From Myxococcales bacterium (GTDB lineage: Bacteria > Myxococcota_A > UBA9042 > JABWCM01 > BTVJ01), in contig BTVJ01000051.1 in assembly GCA_045863395.1 (NCBI GenBank), positions 1 to 50,380 on the forward strand: a DNA stretch of 50,380 nucleotides, given 5' to 3'. How positions within the stretch are numbered: position 1 is the first letter of the stretch; each line of letters opens with the position of its first letter. The notes under the pieces were generated by a model that worked only from the letters and a program-made list of their open reading frames with translations, was not told where the DNA came from and did no database searches. Of the stretch, positions 1 through 9,142 are shown in pieces. A program made the position numbers and the translations under genes.

Positions 1-454
1 GTCGCCGAAGCTCGACCACAAGGAGGTCATCGGGTCGCGCGGTACGAGCTCGGAGGCGGCGACGAACCACCTGGCCTTCAACTACTTCAAGGAGAAGAAC
101 CTGCTCGCCATCCCCATGACCATCTGCGAGGGCGCCTCGGGCGGCGGCAACTACGGAGACCTCATGACCTTCAACGGCCTGCTGGTCTACCGCGTCACGG
201 CCGACGGCGGCTTCAAGAAGGTAGGCGGCGTGTCCCACGTGGCGCCCGAGACGAAGGGGAACGCTTGGGGCGCGTGCAGCTCCTGGTGGTCGGACGGCAG
301 CTCCGTCGTCAAGCGCAGCATCTTCATGGATGAGTTCGTGGTGAGCGTCGCCGACGACCAGATCAAGTTCTCGGCCCTGACCGACCTCGCCAACCCGGTC
401 GCCAGCGTCAAGATCGCCGAGCCGACCTGGCCCACCGACGGCATGGGCTGGTAG
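1..454 (+). CDS. hypothetical protein, C-terminal fragment (5' end outside window)
   Basis: The reading frame is open from position 2 and joins the listed ORF 116..454 (…NHLAFNYFKEKNLLAIPMTICEGASGGG…TDGMGW*). Codon usage looks GC3-rich. No recognisable motif. Confidence 0.45.
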   Translation, partial: SPKLDHKEVIGSRGTSSEAATNHLAFNYFKEKNLLAIPMTICEGASGGGNYGDLMTFNGLLVYRVTADGGFKKVGGVSHVAPETKGNAWGACSSWWSDGSSVVKRSIFMDEFVVSVADDQIKFSALTDLANPVASVKIAEPTWPTDGMGW

Positions 455-504
455 ACCGCCTCGGCCCCGCTCCCCGCCCGCGCCCCCTCGTCACTCCCCC
501 TGTC

Positions 505-1557
505 TCAGCGCGACGACCCGCTCCCCATGAGCTTCCTCAGCGTCGACTGGGTGTCGAAGGGGTTCCACTGGTTCGTGTTGATCTCGATGTCGCCGAAGTC
601 GATGGCCTCGACCATCTTCTTTCCGAGCAGCGTATCACCGCCCGTCTGCTGGTAGGCCTTGTTGATGGCCTCCTCACCCTTGGCGCGCGCTCGCGCCAGA
701 AGGAGGTTGCCCTCGGCTATCTGCTCGGTCTCGAAGCGCTCGGCCTCCGAGTTGACCTGCATGGTGTAGAGCGCCACGTCGCCCTCCATCTCCCGGAGCT
801 TCTTCTCCTTCTCCGCGAGGATGGTCTTGACCTGCTTGTCCCGCTCCTCGGAGATCTTCTTGACCATGGCGCCGGTCTCCTTCTCGATCTTCTCGGTGAC
901 CTGCTTCTCTTTCTCCGCCTTTGCCAGAGAGGACTGGAGGAGCTGGTCCTGCTCCAGGAGCTGCTTCTCCAGGAGCCGCGCCTCAAAGCTCGAGTCGTAG
1001 TCGATCTTTCGCACCAACACGTCGAGGACGTCCACTCCCTCCTCGCTCAACGCAGCCGCCAGGGTCTTGCGCGCGCGCTCCGCGTGGGCGTTCCTGACCT
1101 TCACGTTGTAGAAGTCCTCCGTGGCGAGGTCGCTCATGACCTCCCAGATGACCTTGTTGGAGTTGCGTGTGACGATCTCACGGAGCCGCTCCATGGATCC
1201 GAACTTCCGGGCGCTGCGCCACGCGGTCGTCCCGCCGTTCTCGTCCCGCGCGATGCGGAACAGCACGGTCATGTCCAGGTGCGTCGTGTACTGGTCCTTG
1301 CCCCGGATGTGGACGCGGCGGTCACCCTCGGGTCCCAGGTCCAGGTGGATCACCTGCACCGTCGGGTCCCACAGCACCAGGGTCTGGGCGCCGGGCCAGA
1401 TCCACAGGTAGCCGGCGTCCCGGTCCTCCTGCTCGACGCCGCCGCCGAAGTTGTTGATGACCACACCCACCTTGTCCAGCGGCACCTTCTGCAGGCACAC
1501 CACCAGCAAGACCACGATGGCGAGCGCCACCACCCCTGCGATCACAGCGCGCGACAT
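505..1557 (-). CDS. SPFH/Band-7 family membrane protein (HflC-like member of a paired SPFH operon)
   Basis: N-terminal TM helix (AVIAGVVALAIVVLLVV) is followed by an SPFH-like core and a C-terminal coiled coil (KEKQVTEKIEKETGAMVKKISEERDKQVK…). The ATG at 1557 overlaps the stop of the upstream SPFH gene (GTGATG), which indicates translational coupling. Confidence 0.75.
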   Translation of the reverse strand: MSRAVIAGVVALAIVVLLVVCLQKVPLDKVGVVINNFGGGVEQEDRDAGYLWIWPGAQTLVLWDPTVQVIHLDLGPEGDRRVHIRGKDQYTTHLDMTVLFRIARDENGGTTAWRSARKFGSMERLREIVTRNSNKVIWEVMSDLATEDFYNVKVRNAHAERARKTLAAALSEEGVDVLDVLVRKIDYDSSFEARLLEKQLLEQDQLLQSSLAKAEKEKQVTEKIEKETGAMVKKISEERDKQVKTILAEKEKKLREMEGDVALYTMQVNSEAERFETEQIAEGNLLLARARAKGEEAINKAYQQTGGDTLLGKKMVEAIDFGDIEINTNQWNPFDTQSTLRKLMGSGSSR

Positions 1558-2648
1558 CACTGGTCCTCCGTCGGTGCGTAGGGCAGGCGCCCCGTCTGCT
1601 GCATCTGGACGCGCTGCGGCGTCCCGTCCTCGGACCAGGGTCGGCCGACCACCTTGGCGCCCTGCATCTTGGCCGCGAGGGCCTCCCGCACCAGGCCTAT
1701 GCCACCGGCCGCATAGGCGTCGGCGAGCGCCCTGACGCCCTCGGCGCGCTTGGTCAGCTCCAGCTCCAGGGCCGCCGCCTGGTTCTCCAATTGAATGAAG
1801 GCGCCCTCCGCCTCCTTCTTGCGCTTGTACGCCTGGCCCTCAGCCTTGGCGCGCTGCTCCACGGCCCACGCCTCCCGGGCGATGATCTCCTTCTCCGCGT
1901 CGCCCCGCGCCTCTGCGATGGCGTTGCTCTGGAGTCGGTTCTGCTCCGCGATGCTCGTCTCCTGCTTCTTGCGGTTGGTCTCCTGCGCGGCGGCCTGGTT
2001 GACGAAGATCTGGTCCGCCTCCTTGCGCCGCTTGATCATGGCCTCGTAGGTGTCGTCGTAGTCCCAGTCCGTGGCGCTCACGGTCTGGATCTCCACCCCG
2101 AAGTTGACCATGGTCTCATTGAGGCGGGTCTTCGCCTCCTCGATGCGCGCCGTCCGCTCCTCGGGGCGCGCCAGCTCCTCCAGGTTCAGCTCGCCGATGG
2201 AGTCCCGGATGCGCGCCCGCACGAAGGAGTAGACCACGTCGCCGATCTTGCCGTGGTCGGCCCCCCCCGTCGCCATGCCAATCTCGCGCACGATCTGCCC
2301 TGCCCGCGACGGGATCAGGTTGTACGTGATCTCCACGTTGGTATCGACGTTGGCGCCCTCACGGGTCTTGATGACCACGCTGTCCTGCTCGACGAGCAGC
2401 AGGCTGCGCTGGGTCACGTCGATGACGTAGACGTCGGTCATGCCCCAGGGGAGGTGGATGATGATGCCCTCCGTCTCCTGGACGGTCTCCTGACCGGTGA
2501 TGTTGTTCTTGATGACGGCCACCTGACCGGCGGTCACGGTCGCGTAGCCAGAGAAGAAGGTCCCGACGATCAGGATCGCGATCACGATGAGTGGCGCGAC
2601 GACCAGGACCCGCTTGACGATGTGCATCGGATCGATTGTGTTGCTCAT
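1557..2648 (-). CDS. SPFH/Band-7 family membrane protein (HflK-like)
   Basis: Start MSNTIDPMHIVKRVLVVAPLIVIAILIVGTFF (TM) is followed by an SPFH domain (GQVAVIKNNITGQ…). The C-terminal part is charged and coiled-coil (NRKKQETSIAEQNRLQSNAIAEARGDAEKEIIAREAWAVEQRAKAEG). It forms a pair with the downstream SPFH gene, as hflK/hflC operons do. The long listed ORF 1557..4442 is an artefactual read-through fusion with the lipase gene frame. Confidence 0.75.
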   Translation of the reverse strand: MSNTIDPMHIVKRVLVVAPLIVIAILIVGTFFSGYATVTAGQVAVIKNNITGQETVQETEGIIIHLPWGMTDVYVIDVTQRSLLLVEQDSVVIKTREGANVDTNVEITYNLIPSRAGQIVREIGMATGGADHGKIGDVVYSFVRARIRDSIGELNLEELARPEERTARIEEAKTRLNETMVNFGVEIQTVSATDWDYDDTYEAMIKRRKEADQIFVNQAAAQETNRKKQETSIAEQNRLQSNAIAEARGDAEKEIIAREAWAVEQRAKAEGQAYKRKKEAEGAFIQLENQAAALELELTKRAEGVRALADAYAAGGIGLVREALAAKMQGAKVVGRPWSEDGTPQRVQMQQTGRLPYAPTEDQ

Positions 2649-2701
2649 GGCGTCGAGCCTTAGCACGAACGCCCCAAGGCGACAACCGGAATCGGGCGCA
2701 C

Positions 2702-4171
2702 CTACGGCAGGCGCGAATGGACCCAGGCGTGGGCGGCCTCTGAGGCGACCAGGTCCCAGTGGTTCAGCGGCACCAGGACCTCCACCTCCGGGGGGGACGC
2801 GAACAGGTCGGTCTGTGTGGCGCTCTGGAGGAACACAAGCCCGTCCGACGGGCCCGTCGTCTCCAGGGCAACGCCGCTGACCAGCGGGGTGGCGCCTGCT
2901 CCGATGGAGACCGCGATGCTCCCCGGCACCTGGTGCTCGTGCAGGCGCGCCATGAAGTCGCCGCCCAGCTCGATGGCCGCGTCGATGCCCAGAGAGTGGC
3001 TCACGAATCCCCAGCCGCCCTCGTAGGTCGTGTACCAGTCCTGCTCGACCATGGAGAGGGGATGGACGCTGTCCCACCGCGCCGTGAGCTGGGCGACCCC
3101 GACGAAGGCCGGCCCGTAGATGCTGTCGGCGAGAGCGTCGGTCCAGAGACCCCACTCCAGGATCTTGTCCCAGGAGCCGGGCATGGGGAGGCCCCACACG
3201 TCGGCCGGCAGATTGAAGGCCGGGTGGCGGAAGCTCCAGTCCGTGCCCCCGATGGGCGTGGCCAGGAGGACGAGGCGTTCCACGTCCCCCTCGAATGGTG
3301 CACCCCGCTCCTCGGCCAATCCAGACACGTAGGCCAGCGCGACCACTCCGCCCTTGGAGTGGCCAACGACGGAGACCTCGGGCACACCCGTCAGGAGCCG
3401 CACCTGCTCCACGGCGGCCGCCAGGGCGATGGCCTGATTGAGGTTTTCGCCGAACGGGTGCGAGAACGTCAGCGCGACGACACAGAAGCCTTCCGCGATG
3501 AGCGTGTCGGCCAGGCCCACCCCGAGCCACGGCGGATCGGCCCAGGAGAGCTGTGCGTCGCTGCCGGCCCCGGGCACGAGGACCACGACCCTCCCTGGCT
3601 CGGCGCCGCTGCAACCAGGCGAGATGTGGAGCAGAAGGTGGCCGGGGGCGGGTTCGGCGGAGCCAAAGGCGTCGACGATCCGGGAGTCCGTGTACCGGGT
3701 ACGCTCCGTATGGGTCTGGTCGACCAGCCCCGGGTGGTCGACCACCACGTGCCGCACCTCCTCCCAGGGGTCGAAGGCGCTCGACCCCGCCAGGGTGACC
3801 ACATAGGTCGGTGCAGGCCCGGACCCGTCGCTCGCGGAGTCCCCCGAGGTGGCGGCGTCGGTCCCCCGGCCCCCCGCGTCCCCCACCGTCGTATCTGCGC
3901 CGGCGTCGACCACCGCATCTGCACCGGTGGCGTCGGTCCCTGGCGTGGCGTCGGGTCCTCCGTCCACGGCGCCCGATGGGGCGTCGCTCTGACCATCGAG
4001 GCCGCCTGAGGGAGCGTCCGGGAGCCCGGAGTGCGCGTCCCCGGCCTCCGCGGCGTCCTGCGTCGAGCCCGTGTAGCCCGGCCCGGCAGAGTCCGCCCCG
4101 GCCTCGCCCGTGACCGGAGACGAGCCACACCCCACGACCACCGCCAGTACAAGAGCCGCGCTCGTCCTCAT
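2702..4171 (-). CDS. alpha/beta-hydrolase lipase/esterase lipoprotein
   Basis: Start MRTSAALVLAVVVGCGSS is a lipobox signal preceded by the RBS AGGTGG. It is followed by a D/G/A-rich low-complexity linker. A GxSxG nucleophile elbow (VVGHSKGGVVALAY) in an alpha/beta-hydrolase context is typical of class-2 lipases / PGAP1-like esterases. Confidence 0.6.
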   Translation of the reverse strand: MRTSAALVLAVVVGCGSSPVTGEAGADSAGPGYTGSTQDAAEAGDAHSGLPDAPSGGLDGQSDAPSGAVDGGPDATPGTDATGADAVVDAGADTTVGDAGGRGTDAATSGDSASDGSGPAPTYVVTLAGSSAFDPWEEVRHVVVDHPGLVDQTHTERTRYTDSRIVDAFGSAEPAPGHLLLHISPGCSGAEPGRVVVLVPGAGSDAQLSWADPPWLGVGLADTLIAEGFCVVALTFSHPFGENLNQAIALAAAVEQVRLLTGVPEVSVVGHSKGGVVALAYVSGLAEERGAPFEGDVERLVLLATPIGGTDWSFRHPAFNLPADVWGLPMPGSWDKILEWGLWTDALADSIYGPAFVGVAQLTARWDSVHPLSMVEQDWYTTYEGGWGFVSHSLGIDAAIELGGDFMARLHEHQVPGSIAVSIGAGATPLVSGVALETTGPSDGLVFLQSATQTDLFASPPEVEVLVPLNHWDLVASEAAHAWVHSRLP

Positions 4172-4309
4172 CGGCCACCTCCGCGCCGAGCCTACCGCTG
4201 CGCGAGCGGCCGTTCCACTGGCGGCACGCCGGAAGGCAGGGAGGCCGGGCCGGAGGTAACCGGGAGCGACTGGTTGTAGTGGGTCCACCGGCCAGGTCCC
4301 TGGCGTTGG

Positions 4310-6961
4310 CTACTTCTCGCAGAGGAACGGGTAGTTGGCGCCGCACCCGGCGTCGTTCCACCGCCCCCCGCTGCACCAGTTGATCAGCGTGCAGTCCTCC
4401 GCCGCGAGCAGGCTGTTGCCGTCGTTCGGCTCCCCGCTGCACCAGGCCGTATAGCTCGCGTTGGATCCGCTGACCCAGGAGAAGTTGCCCTCATTCCAGG
4501 TGCCGCGGTCGTTGAATCCGATCCACGCGGGCCCCGACTCCAGGTCCGTCAACTTCTCGGCGAGGGCGTCCTGCTCGGCCTTGTTGTTGACGGTGGCCAG
4601 GTTGTAGCCCTTGCCCGTGCAGTAGGCCTGCGCCTGCTCCCAGGTTCGTGCGGAGGTGCAGAGGAAGTAGTTGCTGGTGCTCAACGCGAAGGCGTTCTGG
4701 AGCGCGAACACGCAGCCCGACGCCGGGCTGCACGAGTCGACGGTGCACGGGTCCCCGTCGTTGCAGACCTGAACTCCAGCGCCGATGCACTTGCCGTCGA
4801 CGCAGGCGTCCCCGAGGGTGCAGGCGTTCCCGTCATCGCACGTGGTCCCGCCCGGCGTGTGGACGCAGGCCCCGCCCAGGCAGGCGTCCACGGTGCAGCC
4901 GTTTCCGTCGTCGCAGGTCTGGGCTGCGCCGACGCACTTGCCCGCCGCGCACGCATCTCCCTTGGTGCAGGGGTCTCCGTCGTCGCAGGCCGCCGTGTTC
5001 TGCGTGTGCTTGCACCCGGACAGCGGGTCGCACACGTCGTCCGTACAGGGATCGTCGTCGTCGCAGGCGATGGGCGTCCCCTTGCAGACGCCCCCGGTGC
5101 AGATGTCGCCGAAGGTGCAGGCGCTCGCGTCGTCGCAGAGGCTGGTGTTCGGGGTCGCTGCGCAGCCGACCGCCGGATCGCAGTGATCGTCCGTGCACAC
5201 CTTCCCGTCGTCACAGGTCACCGAGGGGCCGCCCACACAGGCGCCGCCGGCGCACGCGTCGCTCTGGGTGCACGCATCGCCATCGTCGCACGCGCCAGGA
5301 ATGGGCGCGTTGGAGCAGCCCACCGTCGGGATGCACAGATCCGCCGTGCAGGGGTTGCCGTCGTCGCAGCCGACCGCCCCGCCCGTGCATGCCCCGCCGC
5401 CGCACGTGTCCCCCGCGGTGCATGGGTCGCCGTCGTCGCAGGGAGCCGAGTTCGGGAGGAACTGGCAATCTCCGCCTGGGTCGCAGCCGTCGTCCGTACA
5501 AGGGTCGTCGTCCGTGCACACCCGCGGCGTCCCAGCGCAACTCCCGGCAGCACAACCGTCGCCGTCGGTGCAGGGGTCACCGTCGTCGCAGGCGCCGCTC
5601 GCGGGCACCGACGTACAGCCGGTGCGTGGATCGCAGCTCTCGTCCGTGCACGGGTTGCCGTCGTCGCACGCCACCGGCGCTCCCATGCAGGCACCCTCGA
5701 CACAGGCATCCCCGGCCGTGCAGGCGTCTCCGTCGTCGCAGGGCTCTCCACTCGCGGGTGTCGCAGAGCACCCCGCCGCCGCGTCGCACTGGTCGTCGGT
5801 GCACGGGTCGCCGTCATCGCACTCGACGGGCACCCCGCCGCACACGCCGCCCGCACAGGCGTCGTCCGCCGTGCAGGCGTCGCCGTCGTCGCAGGGAGCC
5901 GTCGAGAGGCTGTACGCGCACTCGCCGTTCGCGTCGCACCCGTCGTTGGTGCACGGGTCCCCGTCGTCACACCCCAGCGCCTGGCCCAGGCACCCGTCGG
6001 GGCCGCAGACATCGCCGGTGGTGCACGCCTCCCCGTCGTCACAGGGGGCTCCCGTCGGGGAGTGCACGCAGCCCAGACCTGGTGCACAGGAGTCTGCGGT
6101 GCACGGGTCTCCGTCATCGCAGTCGACGGGCTTGCCCGCGCAGGCCCCCCCCGAGCACCACCCTCCGACCGTGCATGGGTCAGGGTCGTCGCACGGCACC
6201 CCGTCATAAGGGTTGTTGAGGCAGCCATCTTTCGGGTTGCAGAAGTCCGTCGTGCAGGCATTGCCATCGTCGCAGTCGACGGGAAGCCATACGCACCCTA
6301 CGCCCTCCTCGCACGCGTCGAGGGTGCAGGCGGTCTCGTCGTCGCAGGGCTCCGCAGGGCTCCAGGTCGCGCAGCCCGACTCCGGGTCCACCTCGCAGAG
6401 CACCATGGAGGGGCCGTTCAGGTCGTCGCAGACAACCGTGCCCTCCTCGCATGCGTCCACGCAGCCGGCGTCCACGGGATCCACCCACCCGTCGTCAGCA
6501 GAGACGTCGCTGGAGTCCGGTCCCTCGCTGGTATCGCCAACCCCGGCGTCGTCACCAGCTTCCACGTCCCCCGCAGTGTCTCCCCCGGTGTCTCCCCAGG
6601 TGTCCTCCACGGGAGCGACATCTGCGCTGCCCGCGTCCGCCACATCGGCCATCCCGTCTGGTACCGGGCCACCGGCGTCGCCGCCAGGGTTCGCCCCCGC
6701 GTCCGTCCCCTGGCCGAGATCTGCTCCGCCTGTGCTGCCTCCGTCGAGCCCCGGCTCGACGCTCGCCGTGTCGGGAGCGCCCCGGCCGCCCCCATCGCTC
6801 GCGCCGCCGGGCTCCGGTACGTCCACGGCGACGAACCCGTCGATGCCGTGGAGCCCCTCGCCCAGGTTGAGTCCCCCGGACACGCCGTCCGCTCCGCAAG
6901 CGACCAGGAGCGCTCCGGCCACCACGCACGCCACACCCCGCACTGCACGTGTACGAGCCAC
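4310..6961 (-). CDS. secreted lipoprotein with ~25 tandem myxobacterial-type Cys-rich repeats and a C-terminal C-type lectin-like domain
   Basis: Candidate GTG start at 6961 has the RBS GGAGG 7 nt upstream and a lipobox signal (VRGVACVVAGALLVACGADG). It is followed by an acidic D/G linker and ~25 repeats of ~27 aa (CDDGDPCTxDxCxxxxGC…). The C-terminal ~125 aa (…WEQAQAYCTGKGYNLATVNNKAEQDALAEKL…PAWIGFNDRGTWNEGNFSWVSGS…WCSGEPND…EDCTLINWCSGGRWNDAGCGANYPFLCEK) match the CTLD signature (WIGxxD…WxDxxC…FxCE). The exact start is uncertain. Confidence 0.7.
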   Translation of the reverse strand: MARTRAVRGVACVVAGALLVACGADGVSGGLNLGEGLHGIDGFVAVDVPEPGGASDGGGRGAPDTASVEPGLDGGSTGGADLGQGTDAGANPGGDAGGPVPDGMADVADAGSADVAPVEDTWGDTGGDTAGDVEAGDDAGVGDTSEGPDSSDVSADDGWVDPVDAGCVDACEEGTVVCDDLNGPSMVLCEVDPESGCATWSPAEPCDDETACTLDACEEGVGCVWLPVDCDDGNACTTDFCNPKDGCLNNPYDGVPCDDPDPCTVGGWCSGGACAGKPVDCDDGDPCTADSCAPGLGCVHSPTGAPCDDGEACTTGDVCGPDGCLGQALGCDDGDPCTNDGCDANGECAYSLSTAPCDDGDACTADDACAGGVCGGVPVECDDGDPCTDDQCDAAAGCSATPASGEPCDDGDACTAGDACVEGACMGAPVACDDGNPCTDESCDPRTGCTSVPASGACDDGDPCTDGDGCAAGSCAGTPRVCTDDDPCTDDGCDPGGDCQFLPNSAPCDDGDPCTAGDTCGGGACTGGAVGCDDGNPCTADLCIPTVGCSNAPIPGACDDGDACTQSDACAGGACVGGPSVTCDDGKVCTDDHCDPAVGCAATPNTSLCDDASACTFGDICTGGVCKGTPIACDDDDPCTDDVCDPLSGCKHTQNTAACDDGDPCTKGDACAAGKCVGAAQTCDDGNGCTVDACLGGACVHTPGGTTCDDGNACTLGDACVDGKCIGAGVQVCNDGDPCTVDSCSPASGCVFALQNAFALSTSNYFLCTSARTWEQAQAYCTGKGYNLATVNNKAEQDALAEKLTDLESGPAWIGFNDRGTWNEGNFSWVSGSNASYTAWCSGEPNDGNSLLAAEDCTLINWCSGGRWNDAGCGANYPFLCEK
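4700..6390. repeat. intragenic tandem repeat array encoding ~27-aa Cys-rich repeats (coding, within CDS 4310..6961)
   Basis: The protein-level motif C-D-D-G-[DN]-x-C-T-x-[DG]-x-C repeats about 25 times. The repeat is related to the array in CDS 35967..40154. Confidence 0.7.
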
Positions 6962-7249
6962 CGTTACACCTCCGACGTTCCGTAGAGCGTACCGCACGGC
7001 AAGTCCTTTCGCCAGCTTGGTTTCTGGGCTGATCGTCACCTTCCCGGGGCGTGCGCTGCCCCGTCCCCGCCTCCCGCCCCCCGCCGACCGACCACCGACC
7101 GTCGCCGACGGTCCGACGTCGCCCCTTTCCGGCGCCTCCCTCCTGGCAGCGCGCGTCAACATGCTGAAACCAAAGGACATCGAGGCGCCCCTGCGCACCT
7201 GCCACGTGCGGCACGGCCCTTGCCCATGTGTCCGGCAGGAGGACACGAA

Positions 7250-7340
7250 CATGAGACTCACGACGCTGATCGAGATGGTGCAGGCGCTGACGGTGGTGGT
7301 GGCAAGCATCCTGGTGGCGGTGAGCGCGGGCCTGCTGTGA
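7250..7340 (+). CDS. candidate small hydrophobic ORF (30 aa) MRLTTLIEMVQALTVVVASILVAVSAGLL
   Basis: ATG is preceded by AGGAGG at an 8-nt spacing. It encodes a single predicted TM helix and lies in the intergenic gap between the Cys-repeat gene start and the histidine kinase gene end. No homology can be asserted. Confidence 0.25.
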
Positions 7341-7362
7341 GGTCGCCCTCCCAGCCAACCGG

Positions 7363-9081
7363 CTACGCTGGCGGCGCTCCGAAGATCTCGTCGAGGCGAG
7401 CAAGGAGCGCCTCGGCAGAGAACGGCTTGGTCAGCACCTTGGGAACCTCGCTCGGCTCCACCCCGAGCTGGAGCAGCGTCTTCCCCGCGTACCCCGAGAT
7501 CAGGATCGTCGGCACGTCCGCCCACGCCTCCCGGAGCTGCCGGAGGAGCGCCGGCCCCGGCATCCCGGGGAGGCTCACGTCGCTGACCACGAGGGACGGC
7601 GGCTCGGGGAGGGCTCTGGTCAGCGCCACTGCCTCCTCTGGGGTCGAGACGTCGATGATCGTGTATCCGGAGGCCACCAGGAGGCGCCGGACCACCATGC
7701 GCACCATCGGCTCGTCCTCCACCAACAGGACGGTGCGCCCGTGGCCGGCCCTCTGGAGTGGCGCAGGCTGCGGCTCGGGAGCATCCAGGCTCGGGACCTC
7801 GACGATGGCCGCAGTGCCCACATCCACCAGGGGCTCCAGGCGGATTGTCCCCCCCATGGACTTCACGATGCCATGGGCCGTAGACAGGCCGAGGCCTGCG
7901 CCCTCGGGAGGCGACTTGGTCGTGAAGTAGGGCTCGAAGACGCGCCGCGCGATCCCCGCGGGGACCCCGACCCCATCGTCTTGCACCCGGAGCTGTGCTC
8001 CCCCTCCCCGCCCCTCGGTGACGGAGACCCGCACGGTCCCGCCATCGTCCCCCAGCGCGTCTCGTGCGTTCATCACGAGGCTCATCACGAGCTGGTCCAG
8101 GTGACCCGGGTTCACCTCGACGAGGGGCACGCTCTCGGCCAGGGAGACCTCGAGCCTCACGCCCTCGCCCACCGCATGCTCCAGCAACGGTTGCAGCGCC
8201 CGCACCGCCCCGCTCATGTCCACGGGCATCGCCACGCCGGTGCGCTCCCGCGAGAACACCATCAGCCGCTGCACCAGCGCCCGGGCCTTGCCTGCCGCCC
8301 GAGCGGCGGCGGCCAGGTCCTCAGCGCGGGGGTCAGCGCCCTCGAGCCCCTGCCGCGCCAGGGCGATGTAGTTGATCACCGCGGAGAGCTGGTTGTTGAA
8401 GTCGTGAGCGATGCCGCCTGCCAGGCGCCCGAGGGACTCCAGGCGCTGGGCCTCGCGCAGCTCCGCCTCCAGGCGCTCCCGCTCCCGCTCGTGGCGCTGA
8501 CGCTCCAGGGCGTGCCCCAGGGTCCCCGCGATCATGGCCAGCACCGCCGTCTCGTCGGTGCGCCACGGGCGCGGCTCGCGCAGGTTGTCGAATCCCACGA
8601 AGCCGAGGAGCCGCCCGCCCAGGAGCACGGGGACGCACGTGGCGCCGCGAATCCCCTGTCGCTCCAGCTCCTGCCGCTCTGGAGACGCATCGGAGGGCAG
8701 GGCCTGCACGTCCTCGATGTGGATGCTCTCGCCCCTCTGGAGGCGACCGGTCCACCACGGGAAGGCATCCACCCGCAGGCCCTGCAGGGTGGGTCGCTCC
8801 GCCTGGACCCCTGGCGCACACCACTCGTGGGTGTTGTCCATGAGCTGCCCCCCGTCGCGCAGCATGAACAGGTAGGCGCGGTCGGCGCCGGTCAGGGCGC
8901 CTGCCAGGGCGAGCACCTCGTCGATCACCGGATCCAAGGCCTCCAAGGGCCCCGCGAACCGCTTGGCGACCCGGATGATCGTTCGCACCGTCTCGGCGCG
9001 CACGGCGTCCGTCACGCCCCTCGAGGCCGCGCTGGCCATCGGGGACCCGCACCTGTCGCAGTCCACCGCTTCCATCACCAT
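7363..9081 (-). CDS. hybrid sensor histidine kinase / response regulator with N-terminal GAF domain
   Basis: Start MVMEAVD has the RBS GGAGGTG. A GAF-like sensory region is followed by an H-box (GIAHDFNNQLSAVINYI), an HATPase_c region (N/G boxes …GAGLGLSTAHGIVKSMGGTIRLE…) and a C-terminal receiver (TVLLVEDEPMVRMVVRR…LVVSDVSLPGMPG…TKPF). Confidence 0.8.
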   Translation of the reverse strand: MVMEAVDCDRCGSPMASAASRGVTDAVRAETVRTIIRVAKRFAGPLEALDPVIDEVLALAGALTGADRAYLFMLRDGGQLMDNTHEWCAPGVQAERPTLQGLRVDAFPWWTGRLQRGESIHIEDVQALPSDASPERQELERQGIRGATCVPVLLGGRLLGFVGFDNLREPRPWRTDETAVLAMIAGTLGHALERQRHERERERLEAELREAQRLESLGRLAGGIAHDFNNQLSAVINYIALARQGLEGADPRAEDLAAAARAAGKARALVQRLMVFSRERTGVAMPVDMSGAVRALQPLLEHAVGEGVRLEVSLAESVPLVEVNPGHLDQLVMSLVMNARDALGDDGGTVRVSVTEGRGGGAQLRVQDDGVGVPAGIARRVFEPYFTTKSPPEGAGLGLSTAHGIVKSMGGTIRLEPLVDVGTAAIVEVPSLDAPEPQPAPLQRAGHGRTVLLVEDEPMVRMVVRRLLVASGYTIIDVSTPEEAVALTRALPEPPSLVVSDVSLPGMPGPALLRQLREAWADVPTILISGYAGKTLLQLGVEPSEVPKVLTKPFSAEALLARLDEIFGAPPA

Positions 9082-9142
9082 GGCACCTCCGCCCGTCCTC
9101 GGCGCGTCAGCGCGCTCCAATTGCGCCCCCCACGCCCGCACA

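Noticed and set aside
1557-4442. 961-aa ORF spanning the SPFH gene and the lipase gene
   Set aside because: It is a read-through artefact. The real products are the SPFH protein starting at MSNTIDP (2648) and a separate lipase lipoprotein starting at MRTSAALVLAVVVGC (4171). The intervening sequence is Arg/Gly-rich low-complexity shadow translation.
4648-6985. Plus-strand ORFs 4648..6219 (523 aa), 4859..6985 (708 aa) and 5193..6209 (338 aa), antisense to the Cys-repeat gene
   Set aside because: Their translations are Arg/Pro/Ser-rich and low-complexity. They are shadow ORFs of a high-GC repeat-encoding gene.
8333-9052. ORFs nested in or antisense to the histidine kinase gene (8333..9052, 7741..9234 and others)
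   Set aside because: The real frame is supported by GAF/HisKA/HATPase/REC motif order. The nested ORFs are low-complexity.
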